64,000 bases of DNA from a virus (IMGVR_UViG_3300017909_004140:1-64000); one strand, 5' to 3'. Shown: positions 36,672 to 47,452, numbered from the stretch's first letter. Program-made: numbers and translations. The notes: generated by a model from the sequence alone, not told the origin.

Positions 36672-37823
36672 TCAAGCAGTACGCCACCCTTGCGCCAAAA
36701 TTCTGGCAGTGGGTTCGCTCATATCAACGGAGTTGATTAACGTGGCGTAGCGTTCAATAACATTTTCCCAAGTAAATAGTTCTTTAGAATAGTCTCTTCC
36801 TGTTATATTTCTATCATAACAAGCTCTCATTTTTCCTGCTAAATCATGAATATCAGGTTCAGCAGCAATTGCGTGTCCTCCCATTGTAGTTAGAGAGTCT
36901 CCTGGTTTCATCATCATATATTTAGGATCATCTGCTTTTACTACTACTGCTTTTGGAGGAATTCTACATAAATCATCTCTTACAAACTCATCAGTAGGAC
37001 CATCTCCAGTGACTAAAGGAAAACAACCGCAAGCCATAGCTTCTTGTACATGCATACCAAATCCTTCTCCGCGATAAGGATGTACTAGTACATGACTTGA
37101 TTTGTATATTCTGCTCATGTCAATCTCACTAAGCTGATTCCCGATATATTCAATTTCTGCACAACCAGTGTCATACTGTAGTTTTACTAGTTGAGGCACA
37201 ACCTGATAATCTCCATAAACAGCTGGATTATCTTTAATAATTAACTTTGCATTATCTTCTTTTTTAAATACCTGACTCCAAATTTGAAGTAGAATGTCTA
37301 AACCTTTTCTCCACTGAGCATTTCCTACAAAAACAAAAGTGTATTTATCGTTAAGATTTTTCTTTTTAGTGTTAAAAAACTTTGTATCATAACCATTAGG
37401 AATTACTTCTACTTTATCTGGTCTGAGACCTGCTTCTTTGTAAATGTTTGCAGTCCAGGTTGAAGGCGTAATAACCTTATCTACAAAAGTTTCAAACTTA
37501 TATTGCCACTCGAAAGGTAGTTTTCTATATTCCCAAGGCTGGATTTGAAAAACTCTTGTCTTATCAGACACAGGCCATCTCCAGATCGGTGGGTAAGTAT
37601 GCCTAAGTTGAATATCTGGCTCCTCTGTCATAGATTTAGTAGTCAGTTTTTTAATTTCTTTTAGCTCTGTGCTAGAAACATTATACTGAGGATCATAACT
37701 ATCTAAAACATTTATATATACATCAATATTATCTACTTTTGATAATCCAATTGCTAGCTTTCTATTAATAATAGATAAGCTATGGTTATCAAAAAACTTT
37801 CCAATAATTTCTACTTTTTTCAT
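36672..37823 (-). CDS. GT4-like (GT-B) glycosyltransferase
   Basis: FVG...RKGLD, HPYRGEGFGMHVQEAMACG. Confidence 0.9.
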   Translation of the reverse strand: MKKVEIIGKFFDNHSLSIINRKLAIGLSKVDNIDVYINVLDSYDPQYNVSSTELKEIKKLTTKSMTEEPDIQLRHTYPPIWRWPVSDKTRVFQIQPWEYRKLPFEWQYKFETFVDKVITPSTWTANIYKEAGLRPDKVEVIPNGYDTKFFNTKKKNLNDKYTFVFVGNAQWRKGLDILLQIWSQVFKKEDNAKLIIKDNPAVYGDYQVVPQLVKLQYDTGCAEIEYIGNQLSEIDMSRIYKSSHVLVHPYRGEGFGMHVQEAMACGCFPLVTGDGPTDEFVRDDLCRIPPKAVVVKADDPKYMMMKPGDSLTTMGGHAIAAEPDIHDLAGKMRACYDRNITGRDYSKELFTWENVIERYATLINSVDMSEPTARILAQGWRTA

Positions 37824-38656
37824 ATTGTGATCCCCTCAGCCTGTTCTACAGCTTTTCTTCTAAATTCTTGTTTATCTATGGCAGTAAGTCTTGCCCATTG
37901 TGCAGGATCTCCAAGTCCTGATGTTTTAAAGTTTTTCAATTCAGCATAATTTTGTGGATTAATTCGTAACCAGATGTCATAAAAAGGATCTTTCTCTACT
38001 AAATCTGCATGTCCAATATTATTAATTTTTTGATGTAAATCTTTATCTTTTCTACAAATGCTCCAGTGCAATATCGCTAAAGGTGTTTTTAACAATTTTT
38101 TATTACTTTGAGCATTATTTGTCCATCTTGCATATACAAACTCATGGTTACTCCAGTTTGCAAAACCCTGTGTTTCGTTTAAATCCCAATTTCCATGATC
38201 ATCAGTAATCATTAAATAAACATCTTCAAACTCTTTATAAGGTAAAAACCAGTTAAAAGCTAAATCATAATCTTTGTAATACGGCTCCACTATCGGTAAG
38301 TAGTTTTCAAAAAAATGATTTGCGTTAATTAGTTCTTCATCTGCATCAAAACTGAAAATCCAATCATGAGTGCATTGTTTCTTTAAAAAGTTTCTTTCAT
38401 AGTTATCGTTATCTATAAACACATTTGAAACACAAAAGTCATCTTCGATGATTGTAATTTTATTATCTCCATCAATATTAGATAATTGTCTATACAGATC
38501 TTGTTCATCAAACTTAAATGTATTTCCTGCCCAGGTTTTTCTGTTTTTATCTAGTCCTAGAATAATTTCATCTACATAGGCATAATATGACATGATACTT
38601 GCAGGTAAGTACTCTGCATCATAACTAATTAGACTAATCGCTGACTTCTTTTGCAT
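37820..38656 (-). CDS. GT2-like (GT-A) glycosyltransferase
   Basis: YVDEII, ERN, WIFSFDADE. Confidence 0.7.
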   Translation of the reverse strand: MQKKSAISLISYDAEYLPASIMSYYAYVDEIILGLDKNRKTWAGNTFKFDEQDLYRQLSNIDGDNKITIIEDDFCVSNVFIDNDNYERNFLKKQCTHDWIFSFDADEELINANHFFENYLPIVEPYYKDYDLAFNWFLPYKEFEDVYLMITDDHGNWDLNETQGFANWSNHEFVYARWTNNAQSNKKLLKTPLAILHWSICRKDKDLHQKINNIGHADLVEKDPFYDIWLRINPQNYAELKNFKTSGLGDPAQWARLTAIDKQEFRRKAVEQAEGITI

Positions 38657-38927
38657 TTTTTATTCCTTTATAAATTCCTGTTACTATTGCCTCTAAAATA
38701 ATCATTGGAAGCAGTGTTAAAAACAGTAGTACTCCAAATACTACAATAAAAACTGTTGTTACTGCTACAAATACTTTTTCGAAAACTAGAGAAGTGTATG
38801 TATGTGAGATTTTATTATCTACATCATGTTTTTTCAACATTTCTTCTAGTTGTTCATAATTTACTAACTTTGAGTTCATTCTTTTACCGTTACGTCTAGT
38901 GTTGAAAATAGAGGACTGTCTTTCCAT
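38634..38927 (-). CDS. Small membrane protein
   Basis: Long hydrophobic segment (start probably 38879). Confidence 0.6.
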   Translation of the reverse strand: MERQSSIFNTRRNGKRMNSKLVNYEQLEEMLKKHDVDNKISHTYTSLVFEKVFVAVTTVFIVVFGVLLFLTLLPMIILEAIVTGIYKGIKNAKEVSD

Positions 38928-39613
38928 TTATCTTGTAAAATGTTTAGATTATAAGCCTCTGCCTCTACTATTTCTTGTGTTCTAATTCTTTTTACATCTT
39001 TGCTTTGAAAGTGAAACATTGGAATAGGAACTTGGTAAATTTTCCAACCTGCTTTACGCACCTCTAAGCAATAATCAACATCTCTGTTATAGCTCCATTT
39101 ATATCTTGGATCAAAGTCTCCTACCTGATCTAAGACTTCTCTTCTAATATAGATGCCTCCAAAAGTATACCAAGCAACTTCTCTTACTTTATCATATTGA
39201 CCTATATCATACTCTAGTTTTTTAAAATTTTGATTTGTAAATAGTTCTAGTCCTGATCCATAATGATCAGGTTTTCCTTCTTTTGTAAACTTACCTCCAG
39301 CGCACTCGACCGCATATCCTTTGCTAAACTTTTTTGGATATAAGAGTTTTAATCCTAATATGCCTGCCTCTGGATACTGCTCTACATATTCTAATATTTG
39401 TTCATCCCAATTTTCTGCATCTTCATGAGTACTCATATCAGAGTGCATTATAAATACATCTGTATCACAAGAATTCCACAGTCTTTGATACATTAAATCT
39501 GGTCCTAGCTTACTAGTATCTTTTTCTAGTAGTGCAGGCACTCCCCAAGGTAAGTTTTGCTTAAACTCTGATATCTCTTCTTCAAATACATACGGGGTAA
39601 TAATAGTAAACAT
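38876..39613 (-). CDS. GT2-like glycosyltransferase
   Basis: TIITP, MHSD, IRREVLDQVGDFD, DVDYCL. Confidence 0.82.
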   Translation of the reverse strand: MFTIITPYVFEEEISEFKQNLPWGVPALLEKDTSKLGPDLMYQRLWNSCDTDVFIMHSDMSTHEDAENWDEQILEYVEQYPEAGILGLKLLYPKKFSKGYAVECAGGKFTKEGKPDHYGSGLELFTNQNFKKLEYDIGQYDKVREVAWYTFGGIYIRREVLDQVGDFDPRYKWSYNRDVDYCLEVRKAGWKIYQVPIPMFHFQSKDVKRIRTQEIVEAEAYNLNILQDKWKDSPLFSTLDVTVKE

Positions 39614-39756
39614 TATATTTTTTCTAACTCTTCTATTCTAGCTTTTAACCATTCAATAACAATTTTTCTGTTTTTAGTAGGGTGAATATGGGCTTCTAAA
39701 GCATAAAGCTCTTCTTTAAGAATATATAGTACTGCCCAATCTCTACTTGATTTCAT
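39613..39756 (-). CDS. Small hypothetical protein (47 aa; not in ORF track)
   Basis: TAATG coupling at both ends; fills the gap exactly. Confidence 0.65.
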   Translation of the reverse strand: MKSSRDWAVLYILKEELYALEAHIHPTKNRKIVIEWLKARIEELEKI

Positions 39757-40127
39757 TAGTAACTCCTGTGTTGTTTATGCTCAAAAAGTTTACTATCAGT
39801 ATATTTATTAATTAGTTTCTTTAGTCTAGCCCTTTCATCGTTTATAATGTATACACACCGAGATAATTCCACAAACTCTTCTCCAAAATCTTTTTCTTGT
39901 TCGTGCTCTCGTTTTTTATCTTCTACTTCCCATATTTCTGAATTTAAAGTAAACAACATTCTATAATAAATCCAAACATGAGGTATTGACCACCAGTCTT
40001 GGTTTTCTACTATTTCTAAAAGAAGATCTATTTCCTCTTCTACTTCTGAGATACCGTTTTGCTGTTTTACTTCTAAGATGGAGAGTTTATCAAGTAGTTC
40101 TCCGTTTGATACTGGTACTTCAATCAT
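39756..40127 (-). CDS. Conserved protein of glycan clusters (DUF6165-like)
   Basis: VPVSNGELLDKLSILEVK...WEVED...FVELSRCVYIINDERA..K..IN. Confidence 0.7.
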   Translation of the reverse strand: MIEVPVSNGELLDKLSILEVKQQNGISEVEEEIDLLLEIVENQDWWSIPHVWIYYRMLFTLNSEIWEVEDKKREHEQEKDFGEEFVELSRCVYIINDERARLKKLINKYTDSKLFEHKQHRSY

Positions 40128-41131
40128 TAAAACCTCTTTTCTGTCCATGTTTTAGGAGTTTTATTATTAACAATCTCTAAGGGGAGATGGTATTTAAAAG
40201 GTTTAGTTCCTTTTTTTCTAATCCAGTCTGCAGTTAGCTTAACTGCTTCTTCTACTGTTGTTGTTGTTTTGTACCCTAATAACTTTCTTGCTTTATCAGA
40301 AGAACAAGTAGCATGCTTTACTTCTTGTGGTCTTCCTTGTGTATAGTATATGGGATCTTGATTTATTCCAGTCTCGTTAGCGCATAAGTTTGCTAATTCA
40401 GCTATAGTAATTTCTTCTTCATCAGGCCCAATATTAATAGTTTCATATACTATATTTTCCTGGGTTCCCATTTTTTCTAAGCACTGAACACAGTCAGAAA
40501 CATAAGAAAAACATCTAGTTTGATTACCGTCGCCATATATAATTGAAGGCTTTCCTTGTAGATTTCTATTTAACATAATACTCATTACATTTCTAAAAGG
40601 GTCATCGTACTTTTGGTACTCTCCTACTATGTTATGAGGCACTGCGATGTTCCATTCTATATTATGCACCTTACTTAAAACTTTTAGTACTTCTTCTGCT
40701 GCTACTTTAGCAATTCCGTAAGGATCGACTGGAGCAGGGCTCATATCTTCGTTAAAAGGAGGTTTTTGCTCTCCATAACGAGCCATAGAGGTACAAAAAA
40801 CAATTCTTTTTACTCCTGCAGCAATGGCAGCTGAAAAAGTAGTAACTGATGCTTCAAAAATATTACGGGTAATAAATGCAGGAGAAAATACTGATAGTCC
40901 TTCATGCGCTGTAGCAGCACAGTGATAAACTAGATCACAGCCTTTCATTGCTTTTTTCATGGCTTCAAAATCACAACAGTCGCACAAAGTAAAGTCAACA
41001 AAAGAAGGCACGTTATCCTCTTCTCCTCCAATAAAAGTATCATTTCCTGCTACATCAAAACCAAGTTCATGCATTCTGACAGCGATATGATGTCCTAAAA
41101 ATCCTCCGACTCCGGTTATAAATACCTTCAT
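40127..41131 (-). CDS. NAD-dependent sugar epimerase/dehydratase
   Basis: TGVGGFLG, YGIAK, GDGNQTRCF. Confidence 0.9.
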   Translation of the reverse strand: MKVFITGVGGFLGHHIAVRMHELGFDVAGNDTFIGGEEDNVPSFVDFTLCDCCDFEAMKKAMKGCDLVYHCAATAHEGLSVFSPAFITRNIFEASVTTFSAAIAAGVKRIVFCTSMARYGEQKPPFNEDMSPAPVDPYGIAKVAAEEVLKVLSKVHNIEWNIAVPHNIVGEYQKYDDPFRNVMSIMLNRNLQGKPSIIYGDGNQTRCFSYVSDCVQCLEKMGTQENIVYETINIGPDEEEITIAELANLCANETGINQDPIYYTQGRPQEVKHATCSSDKARKLLGYKTTTTVEEAVKLTADWIRKKGTKPFKYHLPLEIVNNKTPKTWTEKRF

Positions 41132-42102
41132 AATAGTTCCTTCACTATATTTGCTTTTTTAATTATTTCTTCTTCTGTTTCTTCGGGAGACACATTGAGA
41201 TAAAACACATTTTCACTCATTTTTTTAGCAGTAGGACTAACGTTTTGACACTCAAATAAAGGTTGCATAGACATTGGCTTAAAAGAATGCCTAGCTGTTA
41301 CTCCTTTTTCGTTTAAGACCCCTACTAGTTCATTAGCTTTAGGGTGTTTGATATCATATACCCAAACTACTTTTCTATTATTAGGCATATGATATTTTTC
41401 TGGGATGATACTATTGTATATCTGAGAAATTCTATGTCTTCTTAATAAATTATCTTTTGCATTTTTCAAAGATTCAAGAGCTAGGTTAGCTTGTGAGTCT
41501 GTGCATCTATAATTAAATCCTATTTGTTCGTGATAATAGTTATGTTTGTTACCGAAACTCATTGACTTCATATCTTGGACTGTATCAATAAAATCTTTGT
41601 CATCAGAGGTTATTACTCCTCCCTCTTCCGCATGAATAATTTTATTTCTATACAAAGAAAAACAACCAATATCAAAAGAGCCGATCTGCTTATTTAATAT
41701 ACTTGCTCCTTGTGCTTCGCAAGCGTCTTCAATAACTCTTAATTTGTATTTCTCAGCAATATTCATAACCTTATCCATGTCTACAACTCTTCCATAAACA
41801 TGAGTTATCATCAATACTTTAGTGTTTTCATCTATAGCTTGTTCTAGTTTATTTAAATCAATTAATAAATTATTATCACAATCAATAAACTTAGGTGTTA
41901 GTCTTGCATAGTATACAGCTAATCCGCTAGCATACATAGTAAATTCAGGCACAATAATATTACTATTTTTGGGTAATTTAAGTGCTTCTATTGATACATG
42001 AAGGGCTGCCGTACCTGTATTAACTGCACAAGCATATTTAGTACCTACGAAATTAGCATATTCTTTTTCTAGTTTTTGATATGGAAACATTACCAGTCCC
42101 AC
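41128..42102 (-). CDS. DegT/DnrJ PLP aminotransferase (perosamine-synthase-like)
   Basis: NTGTAALH, IEDACEA, FSLYRNKII..EGG (Lys present), GFNYR. Confidence 0.88.
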   Translation of the reverse strand: MGLVMFPYQKLEKEYANFVGTKYACAVNTGTAALHVSIEALKLPKNSNIIVPEFTMYASGLAVYYARLTPKFIDCDNNLLIDLNKLEQAIDENTKVLMITHVYGRVVDMDKVMNIAEKYKLRVIEDACEAQGASILNKQIGSFDIGCFSLYRNKIIHAEEGGVITSDDKDFIDTVQDMKSMSFGNKHNYYHEQIGFNYRCTDSQANLALESLKNAKDNLLRRHRISQIYNSIIPEKYHMPNNRKVVWVYDIKHPKANELVGVLNEKGVTARHSFKPMSMQPLFECQNVSPTAKKMSENVFYLNVSPEETEEEIIKKANIVKELL

Positions 42103-43043
42103 TGTTCTCCATTTATTTTAAAGTACTCAATAGTTCTACGAAGAGCCTCTTCTAAATCTACTTCTGGTCTTGTAGAGATTGACTTATATAATTTACTATT
42201 ATCTGACTGTAGATGCCATATCTCCCAAGGTCTAATTCTATCTGGATCTTCTTCAATTGTGATAGAATTATGTCCCATAAGGTTACCAATTAAGTGTGCA
42301 AGATCATAGATTTTGATACCGTCTTCACTGCCCATATTATATACTTCTCCAAAGTCTCCGTTTTCTAATAGATCTACTGCCATACGAACAGCATCTCCTG
42401 CATATTGAAAATCTCTAAAAGAATTATTACCTAGCTTTACGGTATTGCTTTTTGATAATTGAGAAATAATTTCTGGAATAACATAAGCATGAGTCTCTCT
42501 TTCTCCTACACAGTTAAACTGTCTCATAGCAATGGCAGGTATTTTTGATTCTCTCCATCTTACCTGGACTAATCCATCTGCTGCTAGCTTAGAAACTCCA
42601 TAAGTAGAGTGAGGCTCTACAGGATCATCTTCTGTTATCTTACCAGTTAAATCTCCATATATCTCAGCAGAAGATACTTGTAGCAGTCCTTTTATTTTAG
42701 CCTGTTCACAAGCTACTAACACTCTTAATACGGCTGTTGCGTTGATATCAAAGAAGTGCATGGGTCTATCAAAACACTCTGGAATATAAGGCTCTGCTGC
42801 ATAGTTAAACACATACTTGATATCATTTTCTACCAATATGTCAGCTAGTTCTGTAGCATCATCTCTAATATCATGCCACATAAACTCCGCTTCTTCATGA
42901 ATATGTTTTTTAGATCCTGAAATTAAGTTATCAAGTACTAATACTTTACAATCTCTTTCATCAATTAAATAGTCTACCAAGTGTGAGCCTAAAAATCCCG
43001 CACCTCCAATAACACATACATTTGTGTTTCTGATATTTCTCAT
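42090..43043 (-). CDS. NAD-dependent sugar 4,6-dehydratase-like protein
   Basis: GGAGFLG, SSAEIYG, YGVSK. Confidence 0.88.
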   Translation of the reverse strand: MRNIRNTNVCVIGGAGFLGSHLVDYLIDERDCKVLVLDNLISGSKKHIHEEAEFMWHDIRDDATELADILVENDIKYVFNYAAEPYIPECFDRPMHFFDINATAVLRVLVACEQAKIKGLLQVSSAEIYGDLTGKITEDDPVEPHSTYGVSKLAADGLVQVRWRESKIPAIAMRQFNCVGERETHAYVIPEIISQLSKSNTVKLGNNSFRDFQYAGDAVRMAVDLLENGDFGEVYNMGSEDGIKIYDLAHLIGNLMGHNSITIEEDPDRIRPWEIWHLQSDNSKLYKSISTRPEVDLEEALRRTIEYFKINGEQWDW

Positions 43044-43465
43044 TGTTTCCTCCTAGCAGGATTTCCATAATAAGTACCTGATTCAGTTATATCTCTAGTA
43101 ACTACTGCTCCTGCTCCTATAACTACATTGTCGCAAATACTAACAGGTAAAATAGTAGCGTTGCTTCCAATTAATACATTATTTCCAATATTAGTTGATA
43201 ATAGCCCTTCAGGATTTAGCTTTAAATTTGTAAATTTATCGTTTGTAAACATAACTCCGTGCCCAATAAAGCAGTCTTCTCCTATATTTACATGACTACA
43301 AATAAAAGAGTGACTTTGTACTCTTGTTCTTTTACCTACATAAACTTTTGCTTGTATTTCTACAAAAGGGCCTACAAATACATCATCGTCTAAATGACAG
43401 CCATAAATATTAACTTCGTCAAATATATTTACATTTTTACCGAGAACAACATTATCTTCAACCAT
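43040..43465 (-). CDS. Left-handed beta-helix sugar N-acetyltransferase
   Basis: Hexapeptide repeats, GVMFTND, GAGAVVTRD, GNPAR. Confidence 0.9.
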   Translation of the reverse strand: MVEDNVVLGKNVNIFDEVNIYGCHLDDDVFVGPFVEIQAKVYVGKRTRVQSHSFICSHVNIGEDCFIGHGVMFTNDKFTNLKLNPEGLLSTNIGNNVLIGSNATILPVSICDNVVIGAGAVVTRDITESGTYYGNPARRKQ

Positions 43466-44321
43466 TTTTTAAAGCTTTTAGTCTTTCTATCATTTTATCC
43501 ATCATAATACCGATATCTAAGTGATCAAACGCTTTCCTAGTATCATTTAAGTCTAAAACTGGAGTATTATCCCAAGTTTCTTTTAAAACTCTTTTGAAAT
43601 CTTCATAGTCATCATATTTAAAATAGATTCCTCTATCTCCTAAGTAATCTTTAGCACCCATATAAGGAGAATCACTAACTATACAAGGCTTGCCGTGATA
43701 ATATCCTTCTAGTAAGGTTAAGCCTCCTGTTGATGCCTCATAGTACTCGCATACCGTAAAAGCACACTCTAGTAATACTTTTTGAAACTCTCTTTCTCCA
43801 AAAGTATGAACTGTTTCAACATAAGGAATATCTAATTCTTGACAAGCTCTTTTAGTCCACCCATAATTTGGATCATTATAGTATTGTCTGAGCGGATTAT
43901 AAACATACCTTTTATCTATTATTTGATCATCGTTTGCGTCAAATTTTCTAAACCATGTTAAAATAATTTTACACTTATCTCCGATACCGAAGTACTCTTC
44001 CATACGTTTAACAACTTCTTCAGAAGGACACCATAGTTCTACGCATTTTTCTAAATATTCTCCGTATCCTTTCCAATCATAAACTCCTCTTTTATCTTCC
44101 CATGCCCATTTATAAAAGTCCCATGTATAGTTTATCATCGGAATATTAGGAAATTTTTTGTGTGCTGCTTTCCACCATTCTAATCTGGCTTGCCCTGTGC
44201 ACACGATAAAATCACAATCTTCACTAACTTCATTTAAGAGTACTTCTACTCCTTTTTCTCTTAATACAGGAATCCACGGTTCAACATTTTGTGATGGAGG
44301 AGTAATTAAACAAATTTTCAT
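43458..44321 (-). CDS. GT-B-like glycosyltransferase
   Basis: EASTGGLTLLEG...GKP.IVSD resembles the GT4 E-x7-E motif. Confidence 0.65.
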   Translation of the reverse strand: MKICLITPPSQNVEPWIPVLREKGVEVLLNEVSEDCDFIVCTGQARLEWWKAAHKKFPNIPMINYTWDFYKWAWEDKRGVYDWKGYGEYLEKCVELWCPSEEVVKRMEEYFGIGDKCKIILTWFRKFDANDDQIIDKRYVYNPLRQYYNDPNYGWTKRACQELDIPYVETVHTFGEREFQKVLLECAFTVCEYYEASTGGLTLLEGYYHGKPCIVSDSPYMGAKDYLGDRGIYFKYDDYEDFKRVLKETWDNTPVLDLNDTRKAFDHLDIGIMMDKMIERLKALKNG

Positions 44322-45352
44322 CTTACAAACCAGCCTTTCTTCGCTCTATCATAATCTTCTTTTGCCATCGAAATTACCAATTCTTCAAATGACATTTTTG
44401 GTTTCCAGTTAAGTAATTCAGTTGCTTTAGAGTAGTCTCCAAGTAAGGTATCTACTTCTGCCGGTCTAAAATGTATAGGATTTACTTTTGCTATTACTTT
44501 ATTGGTTACTTCATTAACTGCGATTTTTCCCAAACCTTCTCCCTGAATACTAATTTTCATATCTAGAAACTCAGCAGTTTTTAGTAAGAACTCTTCAACA
44601 GAGTGTTCAATACCTGTAGCAACTACATAGTCTTCCGCTTTATCGTGTTGCAACATTAAATGCATTGCTTCAACAAAATCTCCTGCAAAGCCCCAGTCTC
44701 TTTTAGCTTCAAAATTACCTAATTCTAATACTAAGTCTTCTCCTGTTGCCATTCTAGCTAAATGAGTAGAAATTTTTCTGGTAACAAACTCTTCTCCTCT
44801 TAAAGGAGACTCGTGATTAAATAATATACCACAAGAACCAAATATATCATAAGATTCTCTGTAATTTATAGTGATGTTGTGAGCAAATACTTTAGCACAA
44901 GCGTAGGGACTTCTAGGATAAAACTTAGTCGTTTCTTTCTGTACTTTTTCTTGTATTAGTCCAAACATTTCAGAAGAAGATGCTTGATAAAATTTAATTT
45001 TAGGGTTAATAATTCGTATTGCTTCAAGTATTTTTAACGTAGAAAGTGCTGTTACTTCAGATGTATATATTGGCTGATCAAAACTAGCCCTTACAAAGCT
45101 CTGCGCTCCTAAATTATATATCTCATCTGGTTCGATGGAAGAAATAGTTTTTATTATATTGCTTTGTTCTAATAATTCTAAAGATACTAAATTAATTTCT
45201 TTATCTATCTCTAACTCTTTTAATCTCCATATGTTTCCTGTACTTGATCTACGAACAGCCCCATAAACATCATATCCTTTTTCTAATAAAAGTTTTGCTA
45301 AATACGCACCGTCTTGTCCAGTAATACCAGTAACTAAAGCTTTTTTAGTCAT
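44318..45352 (-). CDS. gmd: GDP-mannose 4,6-dehydratase
   Basis: TGITGQDGAYLA, AQSFV, FYQASSSEMFG, PRSPYA, NHESPLRGEEFVTRK. Confidence 0.96.
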   Translation of the reverse strand: MTKKALVTGITGQDGAYLAKLLLEKGYDVYGAVRRSSTGNIWRLKELEIDKEINLVSLELLEQSNIIKTISSIEPDEIYNLGAQSFVRASFDQPIYTSEVTALSTLKILEAIRIINPKIKFYQASSSEMFGLIQEKVQKETTKFYPRSPYACAKVFAHNITINYRESYDIFGSCGILFNHESPLRGEEFVTRKISTHLARMATGEDLVLELGNFEAKRDWGFAGDFVEAMHLMLQHDKAEDYVVATGIEHSVEEFLLKTAEFLDMKISIQGEGLGKIAVNEVTNKVIAKVNPIHFRPAEVDTLLGDYSKATELLNWKPKMSFEELVISMAKEDYDRAKKGWFVR

Positions 45353-46539
45353 ATATGTGTCTCCATCATTCTAAAAAAGTAGTCAATTTGTTCATACATC
45401 TTACTAGGATTATTACCGATAAAGAATCCTTGAGTATCAAGAATATCAGACCCTTCATAACCTTTAATATTTTGCTTTGTATTCAGCCTTCTAATAACAG
45501 GGTTGTTCATAAAATTACCTGCTACAATTGGCCTGCACTCAATACCGTTTTCTATTAATTTATCTACTATTTTATCTCTATTTAGACCTGATCTTAATAC
45601 TATACCAAAACCAAACCAACTACTGTATGTTGTGTTTTTAAATCCATCTTCTTCTTCTCTTTGCAAATAAAAATCAGGGTTACCACTAACTCCTAATCTT
45701 TCTTTAAAGTAAGCTGCATTTTCTCTTCTGGCAAGAGTCATATCTTCCATTTTTCTAAGCTGCGCTTGCCCTATGGCTCCACTCATTTCTAAGGGTCTAA
45801 CGCTATAACCAGGTAGTGCAAAACGAAAACTATCTTTGAAAGGATTTCCAATTTTATTACACACTGTGTTTTCTTTTGGAAGCTCTCTCATCCAACCGTG
45901 TGCTCTTAAACTTTTACAATATTCTGCTAATTTTAAATCATCTGTTAGGATCATTCCTCCTTCCATCGTTTGCATATGATGACTAAAGAAAAAAGAATAA
46001 GTACCCATTAGACCAATACTGCCTAAGTATCTTCCTTTATATTTTGCTCCTAAGCTTTCACAGTTGTCTTCTATTAAAATTAAATTATGTCTATGGCACA
46101 GCTCTATTAATTGAGCATATTCACAAGAATTGCCTAATAGATTAACAGCAAAAATAGCTTTTGTTTTTTCTGATATATTTTCTTCAATATCATTAACGTC
46201 TATATTAAAAGTGTGCGGGTTGACATCTACAAATTTCATTGTTAACCCGTATTGATGAACCGGAAAAAAAGTAGTACTCCAACTAACAGCAGGTACAATG
46301 ACTTCGTCTCCAGGATTTAAATCAATATCCTCATTAAGAACTAAACTAGCAATCATCAACAAGTTTGCAGAACTGCCACTATTTACCATAACTGCATGTT
46401 TTTTACCCATACTAGTTGCAAACTGCTTTTCAAATTTTTCTACTTCTGGTCCCATAGTGAACCTATTACTATTTATTACTTTTTGGATCATACCTAACTC
46501 TTCATGATCCCACGTTTCACATGCTAGTGGATATCTCAT
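45349..46539 (-). CDS. ColD-like GDP-4-keto-6-deoxymannose 3-dehydratase (PLP)
   Basis: VNSGSSANLL, EDNCES, SFFFSHHMQTMEGG (His in place of the catalytic Lys); adjacent to gmd. Confidence 0.82.
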   Translation of the reverse strand: MRYPLACETWDHEELGMIQKVINSNRFTMGPEVEKFEKQFATSMGKKHAVMVNSGSSANLLMIASLVLNEDIDLNPGDEVIVPAVSWSTTFFPVHQYGLTMKFVDVNPHTFNIDVNDIEENISEKTKAIFAVNLLGNSCEYAQLIELCHRHNLILIEDNCESLGAKYKGRYLGSIGLMGTYSFFFSHHMQTMEGGMILTDDLKLAEYCKSLRAHGWMRELPKENTVCNKIGNPFKDSFRFALPGYSVRPLEMSGAIGQAQLRKMEDMTLARRENAAYFKERLGVSGNPDFYLQREEEDGFKNTTYSSWFGFGIVLRSGLNRDKIVDKLIENGIECRPIVAGNFMNNPVIRRLNTKQNIKGYEGSDILDTQGFFIGNNPSKMYEQIDYFFRMMETHI

Positions 46540-47452
46540 TAACTTTCTCTTTCACTTCTGAATATGTTATACGGTTTATATTTATTGGGTTGAAAATGTA
46601 TGTTCCTTTTTTATTTGGAGGTATAAATGCTGTGGCGTTTTTGTTATGATTAGCTTGCCAATAAGAAGCCAGCACTATAGTTGGGTGTTCATAAGCAGAC
46701 ATGATCCACATAGAACCACTGTCTGTCCCTATACTAATATCACAAGCTAAGGCTGCCTTTATTTGAGTAAAAAACTCATAACTAGTTAAGTTGTGGTAAT
46801 TATCACTTTCCGATAAGACAGGTTCTCCCACCCATCCAAAATGGTATATAGTATATCCATCAGAAATTAAGCTAGCAACGGCAGAAACCCACCAATCTTT
46901 ACTAGGAGACCTTCCATTATTGCTTCCATAACCAGCGAAAGGCCAAATGGCTAATGACTTATCTGCAATGGTTACAAAGCTTTCTCTCTTTCTAGAATAC
47001 CCATGCTGCGCATAGTTATCTGGTAAAGAAGGAGTAAACCATTTGTACAACTTAGGAATTTGTTCGTCTTCTGTTAATACTTCTGTTAAATCTTCTATTT
47101 GATTTGCTTTTGCTGTATTTTCTATACAGCCCCAATAATTATACCAATCAGATACTTTATGGTTTTGTTTTAATACAATTTTATTTTCGTGATCTAGTCT
47201 CATAGTAGAAAAATCACAAGAAGCAGCAATTTTATAATCTTCTTTGTCAAATCCGTCCCATGCAGTAATTTTTATTCTGTCAATAAGAGGATGATTGAAA
47301 AATAAAGGAGCTGATTGTGAACATCTTTCTACTATACCAAAATATTTGTAACTACCTGGATATTTTTTTTCAAAATAAGTAAGTTGTGGTAAGGACATAA
47401 CTAAATCTCCTATAATACCAAAACTTGTTCCCCAAATTTTATACATTATCAA
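46517..47452 (-). CDS. GT9 (heptosyltransferase-like) glycosyltransferase
   Basis: IGDLVM..P, IGTDSG..W...A...PTI. Confidence 0.7.
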   Translation of the reverse strand: MIMYKIWGTSFGIIGDLVMSLPQLTYFEKKYPGSYKYFGIVERCSQSAPLFFNHPLIDRIKITAWDGFDKEDYKIAASCDFSTMRLDHENKIVLKQNHKVSDWYNYWGCIENTAKANQIEDLTEVLTEDEQIPKLYKWFTPSLPDNYAQHGYSRKRESFVTIADKSLAIWPFAGYGSNNGRSPSKDWWVSAVASLISDGYTIYHFGWVGEPVLSESDNYHNLTSYEFFTQIKAALACDISIGTDSGSMWIMSAYEHPTIVLASYWQANHNKNATAFIPPNKKGTYIFNPININRITYSEVKEKVNEISTSM

